DNA of 40,703 nucleotides from Candidatus Dojkabacteria bacterium (GTDB lineage Bacteria; Patescibacteriota; Dojkabacteria; JAOAGR01). The stretch is from positions 357,996-398,698 of the forward strand of contig AP026679.1 of NCBI GenBank assembly GCA_025999155.1, written 5' to 3'. Below, piece by piece: positions 17,736-26,851 of the stretch (within the stretch, counting starts at the first letter, position 1; each line of letters begins with the position of its first letter). The notes beneath the pieces are model-generated. The model saw only the letters and a program-made list of their open reading frames with translations. It ran no database searches and was not told the origin of the DNA. The position numbers were made by a program, and so were the translations under genes.

Positions 17736-18776
17736 TTGATATATATCAAGAAATATAATATCATAGATTGCTATAGGATTAGAATCAAGAATAGAAACAA
17801 TGCACCCGAAGGTTGTGAAAGGGTCGCACCACCACAGGAAGTTCAAACAAATCAGCATCATGTTCCACAAAATAATGTTCTGAAAGCTCTAAGCGCATTG
17901 ATGCATAGAGTCGAAGGTCCTTTTTCTAATCCTCAAAAAATACTTTACGCTCCGACAAATGCCGTTAGGAAAGTTTCTGATCGATTCATGAGTATCGTTT
18001 GCACAGGGCTCGTCCTCTCCCATTTCCTAACTGGTTGTGGATTGCCTAACCAACCAGCACAAGCTAATTATCCTCCTAGTCCCACTGCCACTGTACCCGT
18101 AGCAACAGAAGGTGCTATTTTACCTCCAGCCCCCACAGAAGCTCAAACGAACGGTCTTCAGAGAATCCCAACCGAGGATGATGCCGGTCGTTTACGACCA
18201 GGAATTAATGTTTTTCTGAAGAATGAAATCGAAGGAATCAAGGTTGCAGTAGATCCAGATCAATTAAAGAGACTAGAAGAGGAATTTATGAAAAACGGTA
18301 TATTATTACCGCATATTCCTGTAACAGTTACTATAGCATGGCCAAATAAGCTAGCGGGCGATATACTACCGTCTGCAACACGCTGTAATTTCAAGGGTAA
18401 TCCGCCAGACAATGAGCATCCAACTACGTTAAGACCTGCATCCGATGCTCTTATGATACTTATTATCGAATTCGATGTACAAGCTCTAGAGAAAGTTCCT
18501 GGTATTATTAAGTCAATGACAGATGAACAAATAAAGGTGTTATTTGAAGACGCTTTAAATATAGCACTTATCCACGAGCTAGTACATCAGAAGCACTGTA
18601 GACAGGGACCCGTTGACAAAAAAACAGCAGAATTAGCTGAAGAGGAGGCTATGTATATAACGAACCAACAATACCCCAAAACCCCACAGATATTCCATTT
18701 AGTAGAAGCTGACCCTGAGTTATTAAGACAAATATTATCAAGACATTTCGAAGCAGTAAAACCATATATATATTAA
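17736..18776 (+). CDS. Putative lipoprotein zinc metallopeptidase; true start uncertain, 5' end possibly damaged
   Basis: Lipobox-like FLTGC, Pro/Thr linker, IHELVH (HExxH) with downstream EEE; the called TTG start lies in a -35 box; in-frame ATGs at 17901 and 17988. Confidence 0.6.
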   Translation: MIYIKKYNIIDCYRIRIKNRNNAPEGCERVAPPQEVQTNQHHVPQNNVLKALSALMHRVEGPFSNPQKILYAPTNAVRKVSDRFMSIVCTGLVLSHFLTGCGLPNQPAQANYPPSPTATVPVATEGAILPPAPTEAQTNGLQRIPTEDDAGRLRPGINVFLKNEIEGIKVAVDPDQLKRLEEEFMKNGILLPHIPVTVTIAWPNKLAGDILPSATRCNFKGNPPDNEHPTTLRPASDALMILIIEFDVQALEKVPGIIKSMTDEQIKVLFEDALNIALIHELVHQKHCRQGPVDKKTAELAEEEAMYITNQQYPKTPQIFHLVEADPELLRQILSRHFEAVKPYIY

Positions 18777-19095
18777 ATCCACAATCAAATAATCCCAAAG
18801 ATAAAATAAGTCAACAACTCTACCAACAACTCTACTATCGAATACAACATAAATTCTAAACTTTGATATTAAATAATAAAAATAATGTATAAAAAACTAC
18901 GAACTTTTAAGAAAGGATAAATCAATATATTAGAATTAGCTGTATCGACTAGACCAGTTTTGCACTTTTATGCCGTGTTCGACCGAAAATCTTTTTGTTG
19001 TAGACAGTGTGAATGACCTTTTACAGTTAGAGCATAAATAGCCTTGTAAACTTATACAACCTTTCATATTTCACTTTAAATATTATAATTTAATC

Positions 19096-19473
19096 ATGGA
19101 TCCAATCGTATATTGGGCTTTCTTAGCTATTGGGGCAATACTGTTTATTCTTCGTTATGGTATTTTCTTCTTATCATTATTTGAACAACTAAAAAACGAA
19201 AATACATTAACACGAATATTCGAGCACACTGATTTATTTCAGAAGCTAATGGCAATATATTTGATCGTTATATCTCCAATAACGGCCCTTGTCTAGATTG
19301 CTCAGGATATATGGCCAACTGATGAAATTAATTATTTTCAAGCAAATATTTTTGATGGTTATTATTATCCAATGCTCACATTTGTGATTGTATGGATACC
19401 CTTGCTGTTGATTGCTGTGCCTTTTGTTGTGATATATAGATTATTCAAATCACCAATCTCAGAAGTTAAATAA
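19096..19473 (+). pseudogene. Small 3-TM membrane protein interrupted by an in-frame TAG (19294-19296)
   Basis: After the TAG the same frame reads IAQDIWPTDE...MLTFVIVWIPLLLIAVPFVVIYRLFKSPISEVK to TAA at 19471-19473. Confidence 0.65.
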
Positions 19474-19609
19474 ATTATTTTACTTCACGATATCCTACTA
19501 TAGAGATAGAGTCATAGTCTGTCTCTAAACTCCTACGGAGCTTCTCAAAACCTAAAAAAGAATTGGTCATAATTGAAAAAGGGAGTTTACAAACTGTATT
19601 AATCCGACT

Positions 19610-19684
19610 TGGCTGGATCGCCTAGATTCGAACTAGGAAAACCTCCTCCAAAGGGAGGCGTGATACCCATTTCACCACGATCCA
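19610..19684 (-). tRNA. tRNA-Gln(TTG)
   Basis: Acceptor TGGATCG/CGATCCA, anticodon arm CCTCC-CTTTGGA-GGAGG, GTTCGAATC, encoded CCA. Confidence 0.95.
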
Positions 19685-19807
19685 ATGCCACTAAAATTAT
19701 TACATAAAAATTCTGATTTGTCAGCTACTCAATGCTTTTTGACACTCAAATTCTTGTATCTAGCAAATATGCAAGATTTAAATTATAATAACTAAACTCT
19801 AATCATC

Positions 19808-20065
19808 ATGGTAAAACTAAGACTTAAACAAATAGGTAAAAAACATGACCGAAAATACCGTATTGTTGCGATCGATTCAAGAAAAAAACGTGACGGTGAA
19901 GAATTGGAAGTTGTAGGTTTTTATGACCCAATTCCTAATATATCGAATATTAAAATGGATTTAGAAGCTGTAGAAAAATGGATCAATAGGGGTGCCGTAA
20001 TGACAGAACGGGTAGAAAAAATCTATAACCTAGTTAAAAGTGGTAAACTTCAACAATCTAAATAA
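19808..20065 (+). CDS. rpsP: 30S ribosomal protein S16
   Basis: MVKLRLKQIGKK...YRIVAIDSR.KRDG...GFYDP. Confidence 0.96.
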   Translation: MVKLRLKQIGKKHDRKYRIVAIDSRKKRDGEELEVVGFYDPIPNISNIKMDLEAVEKWINRGAVMTERVEKIYNLVKSGKLQQSK

Positions 20066-20068
20066 ATC

Positions 20069-20374
20069 ATGAACATAGATAATTCCAACAATTTAGAAAA
20101 TCATACTAACGGTAGAGGGACTTCAAGCTCTAGACCAACAATTAATCAGGAACAATTACAGAAATTAGTAGCATTCATTACTACCAATCTGGTGACTCAA
20201 AAAGATAAAGTCGAAGTATCTGTCATGGAAGATATTCCTGGAGCATACACTGTCTATATAAAAGTAGCCCCCGAAGATAAAGGTAGAATTATAGGGAAAA
20301 ACGGTAATACTATCAATGCATTGCGCACCTTAATGAAAGTTTTTGGCAGAATCATTGTAATAGTACAGGACTAA
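20069..20374 (+). CDS. khpA: KH-domain RNA-binding protein
   Basis: DKGRIIGKNGNTINALRT; conserved position after rpsP. Confidence 0.85.
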   Translation: MNIDNSNNLENHTNGRGTSSSRPTINQEQLQKLVAFITTNLVTQKDKVEVSVMEDIPGAYTVYIKVAPEDKGRIIGKNGNTINALRTLMKVFGRIIVIVQD

Positions 20375-20404
20375 TATAAAACCCAATATAATAGTCCTAA
20401 TCTC

Positions 20405-21334
20405 ATGATGTACAAAGTCATTTTATATTATAAATATGTCAAGTTATCTAGTCCTTTAGAAGTAGTTGATTGGCATAAGAGATTCTGTGCTGAACATAGC
20501 CTTAAAGGACGTGTTTTAATAGCTCACGAAGGTATTAACGGAACTTTAGGAGGATTAGAATCCGATATAGACAAATATATTCAAGAATTATCCAAGGATT
20601 CTAGGTTTGAGCATATCGACTTCAAGACAAGTCATCACACAGAAAATCCCTTTCCTAAATTAAAAGTAAAACTACGTAAAGAAATAGTAACCTTAGGCCT
20701 GCAGGAAGATATCGATATGTCCGTTGCACAAAAAGGAACATATCTTACTCCAGAGGAACTACAAGCAAAAATTGATCAAGACGAAAAAATCATATTTGTA
20801 GATGCCCGTAATGATTATGAATCCCAAATAGGTCGATTCAAAGATGCTATCACACCGAGGATAAAAACATTTAAGGAATTTCCCCTATTCCTAAAATCTA
20901 TAGAACATCTTAAAGATGAAACTCTAGTTTTTTATTGTACAGGAGGCATAAGATGCGAAAAAGCTACAGCTTACGCAATTCAACAAGGTTTCAAAAAGGT
21001 ATTCCATCTAAAGGGGGGTATTCACAGATATTTAGAAAAATTTCCGAATGGAGCTTTTGAGGGTAGCCTCTACGTCTTTGATGAAAGGATGGCAATTATA
21101 TTTGATAAAAACGAAAATCGAAAAATTTTGACAAACTGTGTATTTTGCGGAAAACTTTACGATTCATATAAAAACTGTTTTAATGCAAAATGTAATAAAC
21201 GTTTTATAGTTTGCGATGATTGTTATAGAAACAATCAGGGATTTTGCTCTACCGAATGTGCTCAGACACAACATAATAAACGAAAAGACGCAGAAAAACT
21301 TATGAAAATACTATGCAAAAGTGGAAATTCATAA
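20405..21334 (+). CDS. trhO: Rhodanese-domain tRNA uridine(34) hydroxylase (TrhO/YceA family)
   Basis: LKGRVLIAHEGINGT, DARNDYE.IGRF, YCTGGIRCEK, YVFDER, Cys-rich tail. Confidence 0.88.
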   Translation: MMYKVILYYKYVKLSSPLEVVDWHKRFCAEHSLKGRVLIAHEGINGTLGGLESDIDKYIQELSKDSRFEHIDFKTSHHTENPFPKLKVKLRKEIVTLGLQEDIDMSVAQKGTYLTPEELQAKIDQDEKIIFVDARNDYESQIGRFKDAITPRIKTFKEFPLFLKSIEHLKDETLVFYCTGGIRCEKATAYAIQQGFKKVFHLKGGIHRYLEKFPNGAFEGSLYVFDERMAIIFDKNENRKILTNCVFCGKLYDSYKNCFNAKCNKRFIVCDDCYRNNQGFCSTECAQTQHNKRKDAEKLMKILCKSGNS

Positions 21335-22434
21335 TAGCCGGTATCACGGGAGATCTAGCTAGACGTAAAATACTACCTGCACTTGGTGAATTCTCAAATA
21401 TTTTTAGTCAGAAACTAGACATAGAAGTGATAGGCTATTCACGCAGCCAACCAGATCATGAAGCGATATATAATTCTCTCAACTCAAAACGCCCATCTAA
21501 AATAAAAAATGTTAAGTTCTATACAGGACAGTACGATGACCCGTCTTTTTTTATTAATCTAATGCAAGATGTAAGTGCTGAAGAAAAAATAATTTTTTAT
21601 TTTGCAGTACCACCTCAAGTATTTCTATTATTACTTGAGAATCTTTGTCCTTATCATACAAAAAACATAGATATAGTTATCGAAAAGCCATTTGGTAACA
21701 ACATAAATGAAGCAAAAAAAATTATAGATAAAGTACATGAATGTAAACTTACTGAGAAAACTCGCTATTGTGATCATTACATGTTTAAATCCGGACTACA
21801 GTTAGATGATAAAACTCTCAAAATTATCAAAAATCTACCAATGCGTATAGAATCTATATCTATTAAAGCGCTTGAAACAATAGATGTACAAGGACGTAGT
21901 AGTTATTACGAAGGTGTAGGTGCTATTAAAGACATGATTCCCGCCCACTTTTATACATTGATAAAATCTCTACAAAAAGTACTACAGAGAGAAATAGATA
22001 TAAATGATGATGATAAGATATTTATCAGAAACGTAAAATTAGGACAATATCAAGGTTATTTAGAACAGATTCAAAGACAAACAAGTTCTACAGAGACTTA
22101 TTTCTTAATTGATATGTATATCAATCAAATCGCATTTTTGCTTGAATCCGGCAAAAAACTAGATAGGAAAGAAACTTCTATTACTATACTCTATGAAAAT
22201 AACACAACACTCTACTGGCGTATAGATCCAGATCCAATCCTATTGCTAGATTCTGAAGAAATTCATATTCAAAACAGAGAAGATGTATCAGATCACACAA
22301 GACTATTTATGGATATTTTATTTGGGAATTATGACAGATTTCTAAACGAAAGTGATGTAATAAATGGATGGAGGATCTACGAAAATATTAAAAATTTTAT
22401 AGTTGCACACAGGATTTATCCGGAAATTTATTAA
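21313..22434 (+). CDS. zwf: Shortened glucose-6-phosphate 1-dehydrogenase
   Basis: GITGDLARRKILPAL, YFAVPP, IEKPFG, DHYMFK, GRSSYYEGVGAIKDMIPAH, GQYQGY, TETY, SGKKL; only 373 aa. Confidence 0.8.
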   Translation: MQKWKFIIAGITGDLARRKILPALGEFSNIFSQKLDIEVIGYSRSQPDHEAIYNSLNSKRPSKIKNVKFYTGQYDDPSFFINLMQDVSAEEKIIFYFAVPPQVFLLLLENLCPYHTKNIDIVIEKPFGNNINEAKKIIDKVHECKLTEKTRYCDHYMFKSGLQLDDKTLKIIKNLPMRIESISIKALETIDVQGRSSYYEGVGAIKDMIPAHFYTLIKSLQKVLQREIDINDDDKIFIRNVKLGQYQGYLEQIQRQTSSTETYFLIDMYINQIAFLLESGKKLDRKETSITILYENNTTLYWRIDPDPILLLDSEEIHIQNREDVSDHTRLFMDILFGNYDRFLNESDVINGWRIYENIKNFIVAHRIYPEIY

Positions 22435-22523
22435 ATAATTTCTTTTTAGAACAAAATTTGATGTTTTGTATGACTGTCATATTACTTGTATGGTAATGAG
22501 TATTTATGTGTTAAAATACTCTC

Positions 22524-23273
22524 ATGTTTTGGCAGCTCATTTCTCCAGAAGTACAAAGCCTATTTGTCCCTATTGTCAACGGCCAAGCTATAACAAATGT
22601 AAGTTTTTTATTCTGGGTATTTGTTTTCATAGGTATAATAATGTCTATTGCATTGCATGAATTTGCTCATGCATGGGCAGCACACAAGCTTGGTGACGAT
22701 ACGGCATTGTATCTAAACCGTATGAATATAAACCCCTTTAACCATTTTGATGTATTTGGGTTTTGTTTAATAATTTTTACTTCAATCGGTTATGGTAAAC
22801 CAGTACCAGTAAACACACAAAATTTTAGAAATCCAAGACGTGATTTAATGCTAGTAGCTCTTGCTGGTCCTATGTCAAACGTATTGATAGCTCTGATTTT
22901 AGCTATATTGTATATAGTCTTATATCCATTTATTGGACAAATAGCAGGAAATACTCAGAGTTTAAATGGTATACTAGTTGGTATTGCTTCAAGTTTATTT
23001 CATTCTCTATCCTATATTGGCATGACGAATATATATCTTATGATATTCAACATGCTTCCTTTTATACCTCTTGATGGAAGCAAAATTTGGGGATATATAC
23101 ACTATAAAGTTGAGGATTTTCTTCAGCAATACATATTTCCTTACTCATTATTTTTGATCATACTATTCATTATACCAATATTTGGAGGGTTTTCTTTGCT
23201 CAATATCATTAGTATGCCTTTTCTTATGATGTATATATTAGTAATAAATATTCCAATCTCAATTATCAGCTAA
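22524..23273 (+). CDS. Site-2 protease (peptidase M50)
   Basis: HEFAH, LGDDTA, LAGPMSN, FNMLPFIPLDG. Confidence 0.93.
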   Translation: MFWQLISPEVQSLFVPIVNGQAITNVSFLFWVFVFIGIIMSIALHEFAHAWAAHKLGDDTALYLNRMNINPFNHFDVFGFCLIIFTSIGYGKPVPVNTQNFRNPRRDLMLVALAGPMSNVLIALILAILYIVLYPFIGQIAGNTQSLNGILVGIASSLFHSLSYIGMTNIYLMIFNMLPFIPLDGSKIWGYIHYKVEDFLQQYIFPYSLFLIILFIIPIFGGFSLLNIISMPFLMMYILVINIPISIIS

Positions 23274-24131
23274 AAATAAACAATTTCGAAATCCGTCAGA
23301 AAACGTAGCGTCAAGTTTACTGCTTATCAAAAGTGTTTGAAAATTATAAGGAAATTTGTAATTGTTGCTATTGGAGAGTAATGCAATTGTTGCTAAAGCA
23401 TCCGCGATCGTTGCGTTGTCTGCCACTACCCAAGAAGCAATCACTTCATCAGTAGATAATTTTGATGATAAATCAACTATATGACTATGCCCATTCCATG
23501 CACGTTTGACACGAGAAGACGCACAAATAGCTTTACCAGACTGAAGTCGATAAATACCAATCGCTAACTTGGGATTTATAGGATGCTCCAAAGCTATTTC
23601 GGTATACCTATTTGATTTAGAAAAAAAACGTATATCTCCTCCCCCATTAATAATGAACTCACTAATACTTTTTAATATTAGAAAGTTATAGATCTTATCT
23701 ATCAAAAAACCTTTCCCCAACCCTCCAAAGTCCAATGTTATTGGTTTTAAAACTTCAATAGTATCTCTAGATAAAATTTTTATAGAGCAATCTAACGGAG
23801 GTACAGAACGTAAACATTTATTTGGAACAAAAGAATAGGACTTGTCATATCCCAAATCCTCTAGAGTAATCCCTACCAAGGGAGTAAAAGATCCTTTTGT
23901 ATAAAAGTAAAATTCAAAATATAATTTTAGGATATCGACGAATTCTTCTCCTACTTTAAAGACACCTTTTTTATCTTTAAGACTGTATATCTGGGAGTCT
24001 ATTCTAAAGCGGGAATACTTACTATCAAAATCTTTTACGATATCAAAAATCTCACTATCTAAATAATTATCCGTATCAGAGTATGAAATAGCCCAATAAG
24101 TTCCAATCCCTTCAAAGTTAAACTCATGCAT
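23259..24131 (-). CDS. apbE: FAD:protein FMN transferase (ApbE)
   Basis: GIGT, SRFRIDS, LDFGGLGKGFLID, NGGGDI, HIVD, ADALAT. Confidence 0.9.
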   Translation of the reverse strand: MHEFNFEGIGTYWAISYSDTDNYLDSEIFDIVKDFDSKYSRFRIDSQIYSLKDKKGVFKVGEEFVDILKLYFEFYFYTKGSFTPLVGITLEDLGYDKSYSFVPNKCLRSVPPLDCSIKILSRDTIEVLKPITLDFGGLGKGFLIDKIYNFLILKSISEFIINGGGDIRFFSKSNRYTEIALEHPINPKLAIGIYRLQSGKAICASSRVKRAWNGHSHIVDLSSKLSTDEVIASWVVADNATIADALATIALLSNSNNYKFPYNFQTLLISSKLDATFSDGFRNCLFLADN

Positions 24132-24706
24132 TAATTTCGAGCTTGCATACGTATCTGATCAACTGCTTTATTAAAAGCCTGTGTAGTGAGAGAAGCCCCA
24201 GACACATTACTAAGCTGTATAGAATCAAGTGGTTTACCATTAACTTGAGATTGATAATTTTGTCCAAACAATCGATTATATTGTTTACTCTTCTTATCTT
24301 TTGATAAATCAGTGAATTGAGAGTTTACCACCACATCATTCTGTACTGTGAATGAAACCCCGATTTTTTCTACACCATCAGGAGTACTGTAGTCTACAGT
24401 AACAGAATAAGAACCATTATTATATTTATAAATATAAGTAGGATCTGCCGTTGGTGTCGGCATTACAATCTGAGTAGGACCATTAACGTCTGTAACTGCA
24501 GACGCTTCTACAGTCGGTAATGATGTTGCTGTATCAATATTATTTGCTTGCTGCTCAGAAATATTATCACCTGCAGCTTTATTATGAGTATTATTTATAT
24601 CAGATATCTGAGTATTACTACCAGTTATTAGCTTAGCAATGCCTAATCCGACGCTAATGAAAGAAATTGCACTAATTGTATATATTAAATACTTTTTGCG
24701 CTCCAT
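24131..24706 (-). CDS. Membrane-anchored FMN-binding (flavinylation) domain protein
   Basis: N-terminal TM, Thr/Pro linker, YNNGSY...VSGASLTT ([S/T]GA[S/T] motif); coupled to apbE. Confidence 0.85.
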   Translation of the reverse strand: MERKKYLIYTISAISFISVGLGIAKLITGSNTQISDINNTHNKAAGDNISEQQANNIDTATSLPTVEASAVTDVNGPTQIVMPTPTADPTYIYKYNNGSYSVTVDYSTPDGVEKIGVSFTVQNDVVVNSQFTDLSKDKKSKQYNRLFGQNYQSQVNGKPLDSIQLSNVSGASLTTQAFNKAVDQIRMQARN

Positions 24707-24837
24707 AATTTAATACTGGATGATATGTGATTTCACTACCAACTAAGATAATGTATACTTTGACTACTAACTAATAACTAATAACAGTAACGTGGACTTC
24801 TGTCAATCAACGGTTTCTATAGAAGAGTCATTATATT

Positions 24838-25794
24838 ATGATTAAAACGATTACAAGTTATTTTGATATACGAAGTAAATTGACTCAATTTTCTGTTTTA
24901 ATTTTTTTATTCTCATTAACATCGTTATTTCAATTATTTAATCAACCAAGATTATTTTATAGTTCAGCCGTCAGTTTAGTACTGATACATATTTTTATAC
25001 TGGTTTACTATCTGATAAGTAAAAAATATCTACATGATAAATTACTTAATCTACAGAATATTATTATTTCAACTAATATAATATATCTTATAGTACACCC
25101 AATGGAATTTGATGGGTTTAATAATTTGGCTTTTTTTGATTTATTCTTAGCCGTTTTTCTGGGAGTGATATGTAATAGATTTTTAAGATACAAAGGTTTC
25201 CCTATATTTAATCCTGCTGCTTTAGCAGTCTTGTTGACCTTTATATTCACTTCTCTACTCGTTCAGCTAGACTTACGTGATATGCCTATATTTATTTCAT
25301 GGTGGGGAGCGAATCTGTTGAAGATTAGTGATATTGATAGCATTTCGAATTTTGTAACGGCCTTAATTGTTGGCAGTTTATTCGTATATTATTCTAACGG
25401 TTTCAAGAAATTTTATTATGGTTTTGTATTCTTAATCTCATATTTCTTACTATATTTTGGTTTTGCCATAATGGACAATCAAACTATAAATGGGACATTA
25501 TTGCACTTCATAAATGTAGTTTTGACTTTTGGCATATTTTTTGCTTTTGTCATGCTATCAGAGCCCAAAACTTCCCCCATAGGTAAAGAAATACTTGTTA
25601 TATACGGTTTCATAGCGGCTTTTGTATACTTTTTATTGGATGTATTCAGTAAAGCGGGTTTCACAAACTTCGGGTTTTTAGATTTAGGAGACAATATCGC
25701 AATATGTACAATTATTCTTATGAATCTAATTTATTTTATTCAAAAGTACACAAAAAATGTTAGTAAAAATAAAAGTTATTACATCAAACAATAA
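24838..25794 (+). CDS. RnfD/NqrB-like multi-pass membrane protein
   Basis: IFNPAA, SWWG and FFAFVMLSEPKTSP motifs; about 10 TM helices; divergent from the apbE operon. Confidence 0.75.
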   Translation: MIKTITSYFDIRSKLTQFSVLIFLFSLTSLFQLFNQPRLFYSSAVSLVLIHIFILVYYLISKKYLHDKLLNLQNIIISTNIIYLIVHPMEFDGFNNLAFFDLFLAVFLGVICNRFLRYKGFPIFNPAALAVLLTFIFTSLLVQLDLRDMPIFISWWGANLLKISDIDSISNFVTALIVGSLFVYYSNGFKKFYYGFVFLISYFLLYFGFAIMDNQTINGTLLHFINVVLTFGIFFAFVMLSEPKTSPIGKEILVIYGFIAAFVYFLLDVFSKAGFTNFGFLDLGDNIAICTIILMNLIYFIQKYTKNVSKNKSYYIKQ

Positions 25795-26002
25795 TGAGTG
25801 GCTTGGCTGGTTTGGAGATAATGTATTGAAACTCAAACTAAATTGTTCAAAGAATTTAATGAAAGAAGCACTTTTACAGTATTTATATGAAGATTTAGGA
25901 ATTAAACAGGAAAATATTAAATTTATAAGTGTCAGTAAAAATATATTCACTTTAGATCTGCCTGATGTCGCTTGGGAATTATTTTTAACTATAGTAAAAT
26001 AG
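25757..26002 (+). CDS. DUF167/YggU-like small protein
   Basis: VKIKV...LKLKL...ALLQYL...LGIKQENIKFI pattern, 81 aa. Confidence 0.5.
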   Translation: MLVKIKVITSNNNEWLGWFGDNVLKLKLNCSKNLMKEALLQYLYEDLGIKQENIKFISVSKNIFTLDLPDVAWELFLTIVK

Positions 26003-26150
26003 ACGTGTCTAAAAACAATATATCAAATCTGAGTTATTTTATATTAAAACATCTGAGAGACCACAGATCTAAAAAGATGATCAATTAATTTGACTAAATA
26101 TAAAATTCAGTTTAATATTAAACAAGCCACATAAGGTTAGGTAAATATCT

Positions 26151-26753
26151 ATGAAATTAATAATAACTGCTTATTTGTTTTTGTTCTCGCTTTTTATTAT
26201 TGCGCCTGTCGCAAAAGCTGATACAGTAAACGGGACGAATTTTGCCATAAAAAAAGATGTTGCCCCAGCGACAGTATCTCCTGAGGCTACAGTCAGCTTT
26301 TCTATTACAATAACTAACTTATCTAATGTCAATACAACACCGCAAACTGTCACCGATACTTTGCCAGAAGGATTTACTTTTGTCGGTAACTCTGTATTAA
26401 CTACAGTAACTGGCTCTCAAATCAACTTTAATCCTCAAATCAATGGTAATACATTAACATGGACTTTTGATGGAGATACACTACAATCACTACCGCCGAA
26501 TCAAAATATTGTTATCACGTTTCAAACCAAGGCTGGATCTAATACAGGAACATATACAAACAGAGCTTGTCTAACACAACCAGAGAACGTATGTGCTACA
26601 GCAAATGTAGTCGTAGCAGTAAATCCAAATACATCGATACAAAATAATGTATTATTTGGTTTATTAGTTGGCTCTATAGCTCTTTTTATAGCCATCAGCC
26701 TACCTAAGACTCAGCGATCATTCGAACAGAAAGTAATTTCAAAAAAATTCTAG
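26151..26753 (+). CDS. DUF11/Ig-like surface protein with a sortase-like C-terminal sorting signal
   Basis: Signal peptide (AKA|D), IKK...FSITITN...VTDTLPEGFTFV...YTN, then NPNTS, TM and basic tail. Confidence 0.75.
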   Translation: MKLIITAYLFLFSLFIIAPVAKADTVNGTNFAIKKDVAPATVSPEATVSFSITITNLSNVNTTPQTVTDTLPEGFTFVGNSVLTTVTGSQINFNPQINGNTLTWTFDGDTLQSLPPNQNIVITFQTKAGSNTGTYTNRACLTQPENVCATANVVVAVNPNTSIQNNVLFGLLVGSIALFIAISLPKTQRSFEQKVISKKF

Positions 26754-26763
26754 CTTAAATCAT

Positions 26764-26851
26764 TTCACAACCTACGAATTTTATGTATAATTAGGTATCT
26801 CTTCCGAATGTAAACTGCGTTTAGTAAGAAGAGATTGTTTTGAAACGCAGT
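26764..26851 (+). promoter_or_regulatory. Promoter and structured 5' leader of rpsG-fusA
   Basis: TTCACA-16-TATAAT (26764-26791); stem 26797-26804/26828-26835; loop 26814-26822 complementary to 26843-26851. Confidence 0.6.

Noticed and set aside
18812-18835. Tandem CAACAACTCTAC x2, considered as a CRISPR remnant
   Set aside because: Only two adjacent 12-nt copies, no spacers, no cas genes
16501-19296. Stop-codon reassignment (TGA=Gly, code 25, or TAG readthrough)
   Set aside because: Conserved genes end properly at TGA (res, alr, response regulator) and TAG (nrdJ, murF) and have no internal stops; the tRNA-Gln anticodon is TTG, not a suppressor
15900-19610. Integrative element or integron at tRNA-Gln
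   Set aside because: No integrase nearby, no duplicated tRNA 3' end found by eye (only a 9-nt chance match inside res) and no attC-like repeats
24741-24768. dif-like site with an ATAATGTATA core
   Set aside because: Right arm CTTTGACTACT matches only 5/11 of the XerD arm TTATGTTAAAT; more likely divergent promoter sequence
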